In this document: positions 62,607-64,000 of the stretch, one piece after another | Layout of the letters: every line of letters starts with the position of its first letter | Position numbering within the stretch: the stretch's first letter is position 1 | Notes under the pieces: generated by a model | The model's database searches: none | The model's input: the letters and a program-made list of their open reading frames with translations, nothing else | What the model was told of the DNA's origin: nothing | Program-made: the position numbers and the translations under genes | Assembly (NCBI GenBank): GCA_031291395.1 | Contig: JARLJD010000138.1 | Span: 3,860 to 67,859 of the forward strand | Length of the DNA stretch: 64,000 bases | Direction of reading: 5' to 3' | Source: Alphaproteobacteria bacterium | Lineage (GTDB): Bacteria; Pseudomonadota; Alphaproteobacteria; UBA9219

Positions 62607-63854
62607 CTAACTCCCCGTCGCTCTCATTCCTTCTCCCTTGCTTGCCAGACACGCCGTGGCTTGCGTCGCCATTAACCGTTCTTCGTTGGCGGGGATGATC
62701 AGGACTCGGGGGATGTTCAGGAATTTAAGGTGTTCCAGAATGGCTTCGCGCACGGGCTTCGCGTGTTCGCCGATGCCGCCGGTGAAGACCAGACCATCAA
62801 TCCCGCCGATGGAAACCGCCGTCGACGCGATAAACTTGGCGATATAAAGCGCGAAATAATCCAGCGCATATTTGGCCTGAGGGTCTGAACTGTCCAAAAG
62901 CTCTTTGACATCGTTGCTGACGCAAGACATGCCTTTAAGCCCGGACTTCCTGTAAAACATATCCTCGACATCGTCGAGTTTCATGCCGAGCGCGCGCACC
63001 AGATAGAAAATAACGCCCGGATCGATCGCACCGCAGCGCGTGCCCATCGGCAAGCCGTCCAGAACGGACAGGCTCATCGTGGTGTCGACGCTTTTGCCGT
63101 TCTTGATCGCGCACAAGCTCGACCCGTTGCCCAGATGCGCGATAACGACGCGCCCCGCGGCCAGATCGGGATAATCCTTTTTCAGCGTCTGCGCCGACCA
63201 GTCATAAGACAGGCCGTGAAAACCGTAACGACGCACGCCTTTATCCGTAAGTTCCTTGGGAATGGCGAAATTGGTGAGCTTGGGATCGCGATGCGCGTGG
63301 AAGGCGGTGTCGAAACAGGCGACTTGCGGAAGCATCGGCAAAAAACGGTTGACGATGCCGACGGCGGCCAGATGATGCGGCTGATGCAACGGCGCGAGGG
63401 GGATAAGCTTTTTCAGCTTATGGAAAATTTCCGACGTTATGATCGTCGGCTCCAGAAATTCCTCGCCGCCATGCACAAAGCGATGCGCGACGGCGGTAAT
63501 TTTCCATCCCGCGTCGAGGCTGTGAATCCAGCCGATAATCTTGCGCACCGCGTCTTTTTGCAAAGATTCCGGCGGCATCGCCATCGAGATTTTCTGATCA
63601 ACCCCGGCGCGCGATGCGACGAAATAGTGCAGTTCGTCAGCGATCTTGCGTTTGGCGCGCCGCAGCAAGGCTTTGGGATGCAACGGCGTCGTGACTTTTT
63701 CGCTGGTTTCGTCGCGCTCGGCGACGAAAATCGGATGGCTTCCGATACCGGTCACGCTGCCGGTCGCGAGGCGCGGCAGGTCCTTGTCGCATCCGAAAAG
63801 CTGAAACTTAACGCTCGACGAACCGGCGTTGAGAACGAGGATGGTGTTGATCAT
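62607..63854 (-). CDS. ackA: acetate kinase AckA
   Basis: 415 aa; ILVLNAGSSSVKFQLF N-terminus, ASKHG-like fold motifs (HLGNGSS, DTTMS). Confidence 0.9.
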   Translation of the reverse strand: MINTILVLNAGSSSVKFQLFGCDKDLPRLATGSVTGIGSHPIFVAERDETSEKVTTPLHPKALLRRAKRKIADELHYFVASRAGVDQKISMAMPPESLQKDAVRKIIGWIHSLDAGWKITAVAHRFVHGGEEFLEPTIITSEIFHKLKKLIPLAPLHQPHHLAAVGIVNRFLPMLPQVACFDTAFHAHRDPKLTNFAIPKELTDKGVRRYGFHGLSYDWSAQTLKKDYPDLAAGRVVIAHLGNGSSLCAIKNGKSVDTTMSLSVLDGLPMGTRCGAIDPGVIFYLVRALGMKLDDVEDMFYRKSGLKGMSCVSNDVKELLDSSDPQAKYALDYFALYIAKFIASTAVSIGGIDGLVFTGGIGEHAKPVREAILEHLKFLNIPRVLIIPANEERLMATQATACLASKGEGMRATGS

Positions 63855-63897
63855 TTGTAACTCCCAATATGGTGAGATTTGACTCCCAAGCCGGAGA

Positions 63898-64000
63898 AAA
63901 GATTCCCTCTCACCCCACTTGGGGGGAGAGGGTTAGGGTGAGGGGGGACGTGGAGAATATAAACCACTCTCTCCCCCTCACCCCCCAGTCCCTCTTATTT
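63898..64000. repeat. REP/MITE family-1 copy upstream of ackA (truncated by the window end)
   Basis: gattccctctcaccccacttggggggagagggttagggtgagggggg ... ccccctcaccccccag. Confidence 0.55.

Overview
High-GC (roughly 58-60%) chromosomal segment. The gene content and order (an isolated fliQ-fliR-flhB operon, pepA-holC, def-fmt, nadABC, an ilvB with a Leu/Ile/Val leader) fit a free-living or facultative alphaproteobacterium. About 60 genes are dense on both strands and mostly housekeeping: plsX-fabH, nadA-nadB-nadC, holB, ilvB, pip, olsB/plsC-like lipid genes, pepA-SBP-holC, phzF, serB, trpE, dsbD, yqgE, prmA, pepP, thrC, an M16 peptidase, truA, fmt-def, rmuC, ackA, and tRNA-Ser(CGA). Accessory or unusual content: (i) two families of palindromic REP/MITE-like elements (at least 13 copies of a nested-palindrome family and 3 of a ~140-bp TIR family), several inserted IN FRAME inside conserved genes (nadB, an RND pump, trpE, dsbD, a GspE/MshE ATPase) or supplying start codons or RBSs (an outer-membrane factor, a pilin), much like Rickettsia palindromic elements; (ii) a compact type IV filament cluster (lipoprotein secretin, two prepilin-type proteins, a MshE-like ATPase) with no platform, peptidase or alignment genes; (iii) a three-gene GtrA/GT2/GT-C polyprenyl-phosphate glycosylation module; (iv) a CheY-like/CheX-like/membrane HPt-kinase signalling trio with no MCP or CheW; (v) two type II toxin-antitoxin pairs (higBA-like, dinJ-yafQ); (vi) an RND pump plus OMF with no adjacent adaptor; (vii) low-GC islets (a membrane protein between olsB and a plsC-like gene, a hypothetical next to the secretin, a methyltransferase abutting tRNA-Ser). 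No CRISPR array and no rRNA were seen. All calls rest on reading the ORF translations and the DNA by eye; no database search was run.
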